Positions 30,617 through 39,667 of a DNA stretch of 64,000 nt are shown here, piece by piece. How positions within the stretch are numbered: position 1 is the first letter of the stretch; each line of letters starts with the position of its first letter. The DNA lies in contig CAWDXG010000001.1 of assembly GCA_963806225.1 (NCBI GenBank), positions 416,001 to 480,000 on the forward strand. Direction: 5' to 3'. A model generated the notes under the pieces. It had not been told where the DNA came from. It did no database searches and was given only the letters and a program-made list of their open reading frames with translations. This stretch comes from an uncultured delta proteobacterium (GTDB lineage Bacteria; Myxococcota_A; Polyangia; Polyangiales; Polyangiaceae). Both the position numbers and the translations under genes were made by a program.

Positions 30617-31616
30617 GTGCGTCGTGACGCGACGGACGTTCTGACTCCTTCGGGGGAAGGTGCGACCGGCGCTCGCTGCGCTTCTCCAGCGGGTGCAAGT
30701 CCCGTCCCGGTAGGCGTCGGTGCGCCGGGTAGCAGGCCCCAGGTATCGGAGGGAGACCTCCGTGCCCGAGCGGGGCGTCAAGAGCCCGTGAAGCGGCATC
30801 TGCCGCGCAGCGGGGAGCAAGCACGCGGGCCGCAACATGAAGTGAAGCCTGCAGCCTCGACAGAGGAACAATCCGGAAGCCGAGCCGCTCATGTCACGGC
30901 GAAGGCAACATCGGTCGCGGGAGTACCGAAGCTCGTGTCCGGTTCCGGCGGGGTAGAGGGCGCAGCACGTGTGCAGGGAGAAGCGCGGAACACGAGAGAC
31001 CCGTCTGTGCAGCCGCAGTCACGGCAAGGTGGCTCGTACAAGCCAAAGGCGCCGCACAGCGGGAGTCCGAGGAGGATCGTAGTACCGGAGAGCGTAGAGT
31101 CATCTACGCGAACGAACGCCGTGCAGAACAACGCGGCGGGAGGGAAGGGTCCCTGCGGTAGTCTTGCGGACGGAACAGGTAAGCGCGAGGGAATGGCCGG
31201 CAAGACCGGACCTAACGACCCCGACGGCCGTAGGCCGGGCGACAAAGTGCGACAACTGCAACGTCAGCTCTGGGCCGCAGCCAAGCGGGCACCGGGTAGG
31301 CGCTTCCATGCGTTGTACGATCACATCTGGAGGCGTGACGTCCTTCAGGAAGCATGGAAGCGGGTGAGACGGAATCGCGGCGCCGCAGGAGTCGATCGCC
31401 AATCACTCCTCGACGTTGAGCAGTACGGAGTCGAGCGCTTCCTCGTCCGCTACCCGGAGCAGCCCTTCTGGAATCAGGAGGCCGCGTAATGCTGCAAGCC
31501 GACAGACTGCCGGTAGGCCGTGTGCGGGAAATCCGCACGCACGGTTTGAAAGGGGGTCCTGCCCCTTCGCCGGTGAAACTTGTTTTCAACTGGTGAAAGG
31601 GCAGGATCTACCAATG
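30617..31616 (+). mobile_element. Group II intron with internally deleted RT ORF
   Basis: 5' GTGCG at 30617; domain V AGGCCGTGTGCGGGAAATCCGCACGCACGGTTT (31515-31547); domain VI stem 31552-31612 with bulged A 31610; RT0 remnant inside. Confidence 0.92.
31193..31489 (+). pseudogene. ltrA: Intron-encoded RT/maturase remnant (98 aa)
   Basis: KVRQLQRQLWAAAK..RRFHALYDHI..LQEAWKRVRRNRGAAGVD (RT0) fused directly to VRYP..EAA-stop; no RT1-7, no YADD. Confidence 0.85.
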
Positions 31617-32069
31617 CGCTACTCGCTCGAGGTGAACGGCCGCGTGCGCGAGGTCGACGTCCCGCCCGGCACGCCGCTACTCGTCGTGTTGCGCGACGAG
31701 CTCGATCTCGTCGGAACCCGCTTTGGCTGCGGTCAGGGCGACTGCGGCGCTTGCTATGTGTTGGCCGATGGTCGCGCAGTTCCCTCCTGCACGATGCACA
31801 TCGAGGACGCAGCGGACCGCAGCATCGTGACCGTGGAGGGGCTCGCCGACGGCGACACGCTGCATCCCGTGCAGCAGGCATTCATCGACGAGGATGCGAT
31901 GCAGTGCGGCTACTGCACGAGCGGCATCCTGATCTCCGCGGCGGCGCTGCTCGCGCGTTCGCCCACCCCGTCGGGGGCGGAGATCCGTGAAGCGCTGCAG
32001 CCGCACCTGTGCCGTTGCGGCGTGTACCAGCGCGTGATCCGCGCCGTGCAGAAGGCGGGCAGTCGATGA
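31614..32069 (+). CDS. (2Fe-2S) subunit of xanthine-oxidase-family molybdoenzyme (IorA/CoxS-like)
   Basis: GTRFGCGQGDCGAC, QCGYCTSG, HLCRCG; original ATG at 30614 is separated by the intron. Confidence 0.93.
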   Translation: MRYSLEVNGRVREVDVPPGTPLLVVLRDELDLVGTRFGCGQGDCGACYVLADGRAVPSCTMHIEDAADRSIVTVEGLADGDTLHPVQQAFIDEDAMQCGYCTSGILISAAALLARSPTPSGAEIREALQPHLCRCGVYQRVIRAVQKAGSR

Positions 32070-34048
32070 TGCGCTGGGCGGAGAGGCCCGTGAAGGTCGA
32101 GGAGCGGATCCGCATCGAGCCCGACGGCACCGTCGTCGCGCTGTCCGGCAAGATCGAGTTCGGGCAGGGGCTCCGCACGGCGTTTTCGCGGATCGTCGCC
32201 GAGGAGCTGGCGCTGCCGCTCGAACGCGTGCGCGTCGTGCTTGGCGAAACCGACGAGGTGCCCTGGGACATGGGCACCTTCGGCAGCATGTCGGTGGCGA
32301 CGGACGGCAACGCGTTGAGGCGCGTGGCCGCGTTCGCCCGCGAGCGGTTGCTGGACCGGGCGGCGGAACGTCTTGAAGCGGATCGCGACGCACTGTCGCT
32401 CGACGCCGGCAGCGTGCGCGGCCCGGGTGGAGAGTCGGTGAGCTACGCCGAGCTCGTCCGGGACGCGCCGATCGCGGGCGAGGCGCCCGAAACGACGCCG
32501 CGGGTTCCGCCGCCGGACGAACGCAGGCCCCGGCGCCTCGAAGCGCACGCGATCGTCACGGGCGCGGCGTGCTTCGCAGCGGATGTGCGGCTTGCCGGCA
32601 TGCTGCGCGGCCACGCGCTCGTGCCGCCGGTGCACGGCGCCAGGCTCGTCAAGCTCGACGACGCCGCAGTTCGCGCGATGCCCGGCGTGGTCGCGGTCGT
32701 GCACGACGGCGATTTCGCCGGCGTCGTGGCGAAGCGGGACGAGCAGGCGCTGGCCGCTGCCCGCGCGCTCGAGGCCGAGTGGGCGCCGCCCGCCGATCCT
32801 CCGCCGGCCAAGCACATCGAGCTTCAAGCCGACGAGCAGGCGCGGGCGGCCTTCGCCGCCGGTGGACAGCAGCTCTCGGCGCGCTACGTCGCGCCGCACA
32901 TCGCGCACGCGTCGATCGGCACCAGTGCGGCGGTCGTGGACGTGCGCGAGGACGGCACCAACGTCTACGTGGCCACGCAGCGGCCGTTCCCGCTACGCGA
33001 CGAGATCGCCGGGATCTGCGGCCTTGCCGCGGAGCGCGTGCACGTCCATCCGCAGATGTCCAGCGGGACCTATGGTCGCAACGGGGGCAGCGACGCGGCC
33101 CTGGAGGCGGCGCGGCTATCGCGCGCCGTCGGCCGGCCCGTATTGGTGCAGTGGACGCGCGCCGAGGAGCTCAGGCGGAGTCCGTACCGACCGGAAGTCA
33201 TCGGCGAGGTCGCCGCCGTCGTCGAGGGCGGACGGATCGCCGCCTGGCGCTACACGGAGCACACCAATCCGCACACCTACGGCGGCGGCGAGCTGCCGCC
33301 GCAGGTCGTGATCATGACCTCCGGTCGCAACGCGGTGCCGCGGTACCGGATGCCGGTCGAGGCGCATCTGTACATCGAGAACGCCCCGGTGCGCACGGGA
33401 GCGTTCCGCTCGCTCGCCGCGGCTCCGAACACGTACGCCATCGAGTCGTTCATGGACGAGATCGCGCGGCACCTAGAGACCGATCCGTTCGAGCTGAGGC
33501 TGGCGCATCTGGACGACGCGCGCCTGCGCGGCGTCCTCGAGGCGGTTCGCGAGCAGAGCGGCTGGGCGGGGCGGCCCCGCGAGGCGGGACGCGGCTCCGG
33601 CGTCGCCTGTACCCTGTATCACGGCACCTACGTTGCAGAGGTCGTCGAGGTCCGCGTCACCCCGAGCGGCAGGGTGAAGCTCGAGCGGGTGTGGTGCGCC
33701 GTGGATCCGGGTCGCATCGTGCATCCGGACGGCGCGGTGAACCAGGCGGAGGGCGCGATCCAGCAGGCCGCGAGCTGGACGCTCATGGAGGAGCTCCGGC
33801 ATCGCGACGGCCGCGTGCTGCCGGCATCGTTCGGCGACTACCCGGTCGCGCGGTTTTCCGACGCGCCCGCCTCGATCGAGGTGCAGATAGTCGGCGACGG
33901 CAACGCGCCTTCGACGGGGATGGGAGAGCCGCCGAGCGTGCCGATCGCGGCGGCGGTCGCCAACGCCGTGTTCGACGCCAGCGGCGCGCGCGTCCGCACG
34001 TTGCCGATCACGCAGTCGGCCGTCCGCAAAGCACTGCTGGAAGGCTGA
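32066..34048 (+). CDS. Molybdopterin-binding subunit (IorB-like aldehyde/N-heterocycle oxidoreductase)
   Basis: GKIEFGQG, GTFGSMS, TGAFRS, ESFMDE, AVDPGRIVHPDG, GMGEP; ATGA coupling; no Tat signal seen. Confidence 0.9.
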   Translation: MMRWAERPVKVEERIRIEPDGTVVALSGKIEFGQGLRTAFSRIVAEELALPLERVRVVLGETDEVPWDMGTFGSMSVATDGNALRRVAAFARERLLDRAAERLEADRDALSLDAGSVRGPGGESVSYAELVRDAPIAGEAPETTPRVPPPDERRPRRLEAHAIVTGAACFAADVRLAGMLRGHALVPPVHGARLVKLDDAAVRAMPGVVAVVHDGDFAGVVAKRDEQALAAARALEAEWAPPADPPPAKHIELQADEQARAAFAAGGQQLSARYVAPHIAHASIGTSAAVVDVREDGTNVYVATQRPFPLRDEIAGICGLAAERVHVHPQMSSGTYGRNGGSDAALEAARLSRAVGRPVLVQWTRAEELRRSPYRPEVIGEVAAVVEGGRIAAWRYTEHTNPHTYGGGELPPQVVIMTSGRNAVPRYRMPVEAHLYIENAPVRTGAFRSLAAAPNTYAIESFMDEIARHLETDPFELRLAHLDDARLRGVLEAVREQSGWAGRPREAGRGSGVACTLYHGTYVAEVVEVRVTPSGRVKLERVWCAVDPGRIVHPDGAVNQAEGAIQQAASWTLMEELRHRDGRVLPASFGDYPVARFSDAPASIEVQIVGDGNAPSTGMGEPPSVPIAAAVANAVFDASGARVRTLPITQSAVRKALLEG

Positions 34049-34115
34049 CGCGGGACCCCGTTTTGGATCCCCGGACTTGACAGACCCCCGTTCCTGGACC
34101 AATTGCCGAGGCAGG

Positions 34116-34715
34116 ATGAGCGATGCTTTCGTGCCCGCCGCCGCACCCGACGCTCGTAGCGTCGCGCTGGCGCGCGCTCGCCGCATCCTGCTCGTGCTGG
34201 TGCTTGCCGCGTGCGTCGGCGGGGGCATCTGGCTCGGGCGCACCGGGCACCTGACCCAGGCAGCGATCGGCGGTTGGGTCAGGTCCTGGGGACCGTGGTC
34301 GGCCCCGGCGTTCGTGGTGGCCTTCACTCTCGGCGAGCTGCTGCATCTGCCGGGTATGCTGTTCGTGTTCGTGGCGCGGGCGGCGTTCGGCGGGGTAGGG
34401 GGGTTCTTCCTGAGCTACGGCGGGGCGATGGTCGCCATCACGGCGCCGTTCCTGCTGGTCCGCGGTATCCGCACACAGCGCGAGCGCACCTGGCAGCCGC
34501 GCTGGCGCTTTCTCCGGCGCCTACTGGAGGGCGTCGAGACGCATCCCGTCCGCAGCGTGATGATCCTGAGGCTGATCCTCTGGCTCTCGCCTCCGCTCGA
34601 CTACGCGCTGGCGTTCACCAGCATCCGCACGCGCGACTACCTGCTCGGCTCGGCGCTCGGCCTCGCTCCCTGCATCGGCGCCGTCATCTGCGGCATTGGC
34701 TGGCTGCCCTGGTGA
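34116..34715 (+). CDS. VTT/DedA (TVP38) membrane protein
   Basis: LPG..FGG..G, LRL..PP..YALAFTSIRTRDYLLGSALGLAP. Confidence 0.85.
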   Translation: MSDAFVPAAAPDARSVALARARRILLVLVLAACVGGGIWLGRTGHLTQAAIGGWVRSWGPWSAPAFVVAFTLGELLHLPGMLFVFVARAAFGGVGGFFLSYGGAMVAITAPFLLVRGIRTQRERTWQPRWRFLRRLLEGVETHPVRSVMILRLILWLSPPLDYALAFTSIRTRDYLLGSALGLAPCIGAVICGIGWLPW

Positions 34716-34745
34716 CGCGCCGCCGGATGGCGCTAGACTGACCGC

Positions 34746-36413
34746 ATGGTGCGTAGGGGGACGCACGGGCCCGACGGTGGCGCGGCTCGGGACGTTGCGC
34801 CGGGCCGCGAGCTGTACGCCGAGCAGCGCTGGTCCGACGCCTACGACGCACTGTCGCGCGCCGATCGAGCGGCGCCACTCGAGTGCGGGGATTCGGAGGC
34901 CCTGGCCTGGTGCGCGGCACTGACCGGCCGCGACCAGCAGTTCCTCGCGGCGCTGGAACGCCTGTACCACACGCACCACGATGCCGGACGCGATGCTGCG
35001 GCGGCGCGCGCGGCGTTCTGGCTGGGGTTCAGGCTCTTTAGCCTGGGGGAGGGCGGTCGCGCGGCGGGCTGGCTCGGGCGTTCGGCGCGCGCGGTCGAGT
35101 GCAAGGGCGGAGACTGCGTCGAGCGCGGGTACCTGATGCTGCCGACCATCCACCGGCATCTCTCGACCGGTGATCACGATTCCGCCCACGACGTGGCCGC
35201 CGAGGCCGCCGCCATCGGAGACCGCTTCGGCGACAGGGATCTGGTCGCGTTCGCGCGCAATCTGCAGGGACGGGCGCTGATGCGACGTGGCGAGGTGCGG
35301 GAGGGCCTCGCGCTCGTGGACGAGGCCATGGTGTCGGTTGCAGGCGGCGAGGTTTCGCCGCTCGTCGCCGGACTCGTCTACTGCACCGTCATTGCGAGCT
35401 GCCAGCAGGTGTACGCGCTCGACCGGTCGCGCGAGTGGACCGATGCGCTCTCGGAGTGGTGCAAGCGACAGCCCCAGTTGGTTACCTTCACTGGCGTCTG
35501 CATGGTGCACCGCGCGGAGATCCTGCAGCTCGGCGGCGCATGGACCGAGGCCGCGGCGGAGGCAAGGCGGGCCAGGGAGCGCTCCGACCAGAAGGTCGAT
35601 CCGGACGCCGCCGGCGAGGCCTGCTACCAGCAGGCGGAGATCCATCGGCTACGGGGCGAGTCCAGCGAGGCCGAGGAAGCGTACCGCTGCGTCAGCAGCT
35701 ACGGGCGCGAGCCGCAGCCGGGCCTCGCGTTGCTGCGCCTCGCGCAGGGACGCGCCGATGCAGCCTGTGCGTCGCTGCGCCGCGTGCTCGGCGCAGCGAC
35801 GACCCCGCTCGCGCGTGCCCGGTTCCTGCCGGCTCTGGTCGAGGTCGCGCTGGCCGTCGGAGACACCGGACAAGCCCGGGCCGCCGCCGACGAGCTCGGG
35901 CAGATCGCGGGGCGTTTCGCGACCGAAGTGCTCGACGCCATCGCCGCGCACGCCCGGGGCGCCGTGCTGCTCGCGGTGGGCGAGGCGCAGGCAGCGGTCG
36001 AGCCATTGCGGCGCTCCTTCGAGATCTGGCGTCGCATCGGCGCACCCTACCTCGCCGCGCGCATCCGCGTGCTGCTCGGTACCGCGTCTGGCGAGCTCGG
36101 CGACGTCGACGGGCGGCGGCTGGAGCTCGACGCGGCGAGGCAGGTATTCCGCGAGCTCGGTGCGGTTACGGATCTGGCCCGGCTCGACGCACTGGAGCGG
36201 CCGGCCTCCGGCGAGCCGACCTGCGGCCTGACGCCGCGCGAGCTCGAGGTGATCCGCCTGGTCGCCGGCGGCGGGACCAACAAGGCCATCGCACGCGAGC
36301 TCGGTGTGAGCGAGCGCACTGTCGATCGGCACGTGAGCAATATCTTCGCCAAGCTGGACGTGTCGTCGAGGGCCGCGGCGACGGCTTTCGCCTACGAGCA
36401 CGAACTGGTCTGA
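34746..36413 (+). CDS. LuxR-family regulator with TPR-like sensor region
   Basis: C-term GLTPRELEVIRLVAGGGTNKAIARELGVSERTVDRHVSNIFAKLDV. Confidence 0.92.
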   Translation: MVRRGTHGPDGGAARDVAPGRELYAEQRWSDAYDALSRADRAAPLECGDSEALAWCAALTGRDQQFLAALERLYHTHHDAGRDAAAARAAFWLGFRLFSLGEGGRAAGWLGRSARAVECKGGDCVERGYLMLPTIHRHLSTGDHDSAHDVAAEAAAIGDRFGDRDLVAFARNLQGRALMRRGEVREGLALVDEAMVSVAGGEVSPLVAGLVYCTVIASCQQVYALDRSREWTDALSEWCKRQPQLVTFTGVCMVHRAEILQLGGAWTEAAAEARRARERSDQKVDPDAAGEACYQQAEIHRLRGESSEAEEAYRCVSSYGREPQPGLALLRLAQGRADAACASLRRVLGAATTPLARARFLPALVEVALAVGDTGQARAAADELGQIAGRFATEVLDAIAAHARGAVLLAVGEAQAAVEPLRRSFEIWRRIGAPYLAARIRVLLGTASGELGDVDGRRLELDAARQVFRELGAVTDLARLDALERPASGEPTCGLTPRELEVIRLVAGGGTNKAIARELGVSERTVDRHVSNIFAKLDVSSRAAATAFAYEHELV

Positions 36414-36427
36414 CGCTGCCTCCGCTC

Positions 36428-36481
36428 ATGGGTGGAACTACCCATGGCGCGCAAGCCCGCAAAATGGGCAGCCCTGCCGAT
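36428..36481. promoter_or_regulatory. Two 18-bp imperfect palindromes, probable operators
   Basis: ATGGGTGGAACTACCCAT (36428-36445) and ATGGGCAGCCCTGCCGAT (36464-36481). Confidence 0.6.
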
Positions 36482-36531
36482 GCGCGACCCCTGCCGCCAT
36501 TCCTATGCTCGTCCATGAAGGAGGCAGGGAG

Positions 36532-37782
36532 ATGGACGAAAAAGCACACGACGGAAGGGGCTATCTGGAAGAGGGCGCGGCAATCGCCGATATGACCCCC
36601 CGCGAATGCTTCGACGTGATCGTCATCGGAGGTGGCCAGGCGGGTCTTTCCGTCGGTCACCACCTCGCGAAGTCGGGTCTGCGCTTCGTCATCCTGGACG
36701 GCTCCGCGCGCATCGGTGATTCGTGGCGCAAACGCTGGGACTCGCTCCGACTGTTCACGCCGGCGCGCTTCAACGGGCTTTCGGGAATGCGCTTCCCGGG
36801 GCACCCGGACTATTTCCCGACCAAGGACGAGATGGGGGACTTTCTCGAGTCCTACGCGCGGGACTTCGAGCTGCCGGTGCGGAGCGGGACCTGGGTCAAG
36901 CGCGTCCACCGCCGCGACGGACGCTACGTCGTCACCACGCCGGACGGCGAGCTGGAGGCCGATCAGCTCGTGGTCGCGATGGCCGGCTACCAGAAGCGGC
37001 GCGTACCCGGCTTCGCCAAGGAGCTCCGCTCCGACATCGTCCAGATCCACTCGAGCGACTACAAGCGCCCGTCGCAGCTCCGCGAGGGCGGCGTGCTCGT
37101 CGTCGGTGCCGGCAACTCGGGAGCGGAGATCGCGATGGAGCTGTCGAAGCAGCATCGCGTCTGGATGTCCGGTCGCGATGTCGGGCAGATCCCGTTCCGG
37201 ATCGGCGGGCTGCTCGGCCGGCTGCTGCTCGTGCGCCTGGTGCTCCGGGTGATCTTCCACCGCGTGATCACGATCCGGACCCCGATCGGTCGCAGGCTGC
37301 GCCCGCAAGTCACGGGCATGGGCGGACCGCGGATCCGCACCCATCGCGCGGATCTGCGCGCGCGGGGCGTGGAGTGCGTGCCACGCACTGCGGGTGTCGA
37401 GGACGGTCTGCCACGGCTCGCCGACGGGCGCGTGCTCGACGTGGCCAACGTCGTGTGGTGCACCGGCTTCGACTCCGGTCTGTCGTGGCTCGACCTGCCC
37501 GTTCTCGACGAGCGCGGCAACCCACGACACGTCGGCGGCATCGTCGAGGGCCAGCCGGGCCTGTATTTCATCGGCCGGCACTTCCTCTACGCGCTGTCGT
37601 CCGCCATGGTCCACGGCGTCGGGCGCGACGCCCAGCGCATCGTGAGGGCCATTGTGGCTCGTTCGGCCGCGGGCGCTGATCTCCCGGCGCCGGCGGTGAT
37701 AGCCTCGCCGCATGAGACCCTGGTCCATCCAGCCCAACGGACGCTTCGACGAAACCGTGCTGCAGAGCAGGCTGCTCGCTGA
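36532..37782 (+). CDS. Flavin-containing monooxygenase (CzcO/TrkA-like)
   Basis: GGGQAG, WRKRWDSLRLFTP, QIHSSDY, VVGAGNSG, WCTGF; AAGGAGG RBS. Confidence 0.9.
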   Translation: MDEKAHDGRGYLEEGAAIADMTPRECFDVIVIGGGQAGLSVGHHLAKSGLRFVILDGSARIGDSWRKRWDSLRLFTPARFNGLSGMRFPGHPDYFPTKDEMGDFLESYARDFELPVRSGTWVKRVHRRDGRYVVTTPDGELEADQLVVAMAGYQKRRVPGFAKELRSDIVQIHSSDYKRPSQLREGGVLVVGAGNSGAEIAMELSKQHRVWMSGRDVGQIPFRIGGLLGRLLLVRLVLRVIFHRVITIRTPIGRRLRPQVTGMGGPRIRTHRADLRARGVECVPRTAGVEDGLPRLADGRVLDVANVVWCTGFDSGLSWLDLPVLDERGNPRHVGGIVEGQPGLYFIGRHFLYALSSAMVHGVGRDAQRIVRAIVARSAAGADLPAPAVIASPHETLVHPAQRTLRRNRAAEQAAR

Positions 37783-38737
37783 TAACCCGCTCGGAGATCC
37801 CCACGAGCGCCCGATCTGGGTGTATCTGCCGCCCGGCTACGACGAGCATCCCGAACAGCGCTACCCGACGCTCTACCAGATCCAGGGGCTGACCGGGCAG
37901 CTCGACATGTGGGAAAACCGCGCGCCCTTCCGCAAGAACGTTCCCGAGCTGGTCGACGAGCTGTTCTCGCGGAAGGACGTGCCGCCCTGCATCGTGGTGT
38001 GGGTCGATTGCTGGACCAGCATCGGCGGTAGCCAGTTCATCGACTCGCCGGGCACCGGTCGCTACCATAGCTACCTGTGCGACGAGATCGTTCCCTGGGT
38101 GGACGAGCACTACCGCACGCTGGCCGATCGGAAGCACCGCGGCATCGCCGGCAAGTCGAGCGGCGGCTACGGCGCCATGGTGACGCCGATGCTGCGCCCC
38201 GACCTGTGGGGCGGTCTGGCTACGCACGCGGGCGACGCGCTGTTCGAGACCTGTTATCTGCCGGAGTTCCGTCAGGTGGTGCGCGCGCTCAGGGACGAAT
38301 ACGAGGGATCGTTCGACAGGTTCTGGGCCGACTTCCGCTCGCGTCCTGCGCTGTCCCGGGACAGCGACGGAGCGCTTCTGAATACCTGGTGCATGGCGGC
38401 CTGCTACTCGGCGGACGAGGACGGCACCGTGCGGCTGCCCTTCGATCCGTCGACCGGGGAGCTGGAAAACGCAATCTGGGAGCGCTGGCTTTCCTGGGAT
38501 CCGGTGCGCATGGTGCCGCGCTACGCCGAGGCGCTGCGCTCCCTGGTGACGGTGTACATCGACGCAGGTAACAAGGATCAATTCTTCCTCGATCTCGGTG
38601 CGGAGGCGTTTCGCCGGGCCCTGGAGAAAGCCGGTGTCCCCGAGGTCGTCTTCGAGCTCTTCGACGCGACGCACAGCGCCATCGAATACCGCTATCCGCT
38701 GGCGCTGGAGCACCTCGCGCGGCGGCTTTCGCCCTAG
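37712..38737 (+). CDS. Enterochelin-esterase-like alpha/beta hydrolase
   Basis: VYLPPGY, GKSSGG nucleophile elbow, YIDAG..D, C-terminal His. Confidence 0.88.
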   Translation: MRPWSIQPNGRFDETVLQSRLLADNPLGDPHERPIWVYLPPGYDEHPEQRYPTLYQIQGLTGQLDMWENRAPFRKNVPELVDELFSRKDVPPCIVVWVDCWTSIGGSQFIDSPGTGRYHSYLCDEIVPWVDEHYRTLADRKHRGIAGKSSGGYGAMVTPMLRPDLWGGLATHAGDALFETCYLPEFRQVVRALRDEYEGSFDRFWADFRSRPALSRDSDGALLNTWCMAACYSADEDGTVRLPFDPSTGELENAIWERWLSWDPVRMVPRYAEALRSLVTVYIDAGNKDQFFLDLGAEAFRRALEKAGVPEVVFELFDATHSAIEYRYPLALEHLARRLSP

Positions 38738-38761
38738 CGCGCAGTCGATTATGCTCGGGGC

Positions 38762-39622
38762 ATGTTCCGCGTCGACAAGCTGGACGACCCGCTGGAATCA
38801 CTAGAGCTCGAGGATACCGACGCTGGCTCGCGCGTCGTGGTCGCGCCCTCCCGGGGCGGGCTGGTCACGCGCTTCCGTGTCGGCGACGACGACGTGCTGT
38901 TCCTCGACGAATCCACGCTCCGCGACCCGTCGAAGAACGTGCGTGGCGGCATCCCGGTGCTGTTCCCGACGCCCGGCAAGCTCAAGGGCGACGCCTGGTC
39001 CTACCTCGGACACTCGGGGCATCTCAAGCAGCACGGCTTCGCCCGCAACATGCCGTGGCGCGTCGCCCGCACGACCACGGACGACGCCGCGGTGTGCACG
39101 CTCAGGCTCTTGTCGGACGCGGACACGCACGGGACATGGCCGTGGGAGTTCGATCTGGAGCACAGGATCTCCCTGGCTGGTCGCACGCTCCACATCGAGC
39201 AGCGGTTGCACAATCCGGGTCACTTCCCGATGCCGTTCGGCCTGGGGTTCCACCCCTACTTCCGCGTGCCCCAGGCCGACAAGGCGAAGACGCGCATCGA
39301 CACGCGCGCCACCCGCGCCTGGGACAACGTGAAGAAGACCGAAGTCGCGCTGGGCAGCATCGATCTGTCAGCAGAGGAAGTGGACCTGCACCTGCTGGAT
39401 CACGGGCGCAGCGACAGCGCGCTGGAACGACCCTGGGGCAACGTGCGCATCCGGGCCAGCCAGGACTACCAGCGCTGGGTGATCTGGACGGTCCGCGGCC
39501 GCGACTTCGTGTGTCTGGAACCGTGGACCTCCCCCGGCAACGCGCTCAACACGGGCGAGGGGCTGCTCGTGCAGGAGCCCGGAGCGACGCGCACGACCTG
39601 GGTCGAGATCAGCGTCGCCTGA
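38762..39622 (+). CDS. Aldose 1-epimerase (galactose mutarotase) family
   Basis: RGGIPVLFP, QHGFAR, GFHPYF, FVCLEPW. Confidence 0.92.
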   Translation: MFRVDKLDDPLESLELEDTDAGSRVVVAPSRGGLVTRFRVGDDDVLFLDESTLRDPSKNVRGGIPVLFPTPGKLKGDAWSYLGHSGHLKQHGFARNMPWRVARTTTDDAAVCTLRLLSDADTHGTWPWEFDLEHRISLAGRTLHIEQRLHNPGHFPMPFGLGFHPYFRVPQADKAKTRIDTRATRAWDNVKKTEVALGSIDLSAEEVDLHLLDHGRSDSALERPWGNVRIRASQDYQRWVIWTVRGRDFVCLEPWTSPGNALNTGEGLLVQEPGATRTTWVEISVA

Positions 39623-39667
39623 AGCCGGGGGGCGGCACCGGCACAGCGGGTGCGCTAGCCTACGCGC

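Noticed and set aside
30212..31489. 425-aa ORF as a real protein
   Set aside because: It reads through the DUF1232 antisense strand and intron RNA domains; only 31193-31489 resembles RT0
31193..31489. Retron, DGR or defence-associated RT
   Set aside because: Flanking GUGCG, DV and DVI identify a group II intron; no YADD core, msr/msd or TR/VR seen
31416..31613. N-terminal extension of the 2Fe-2S protein (GRPCAGNPHARFERG)
   Set aside because: This is translated intron domain V/VI RNA, a typical annotation artefact
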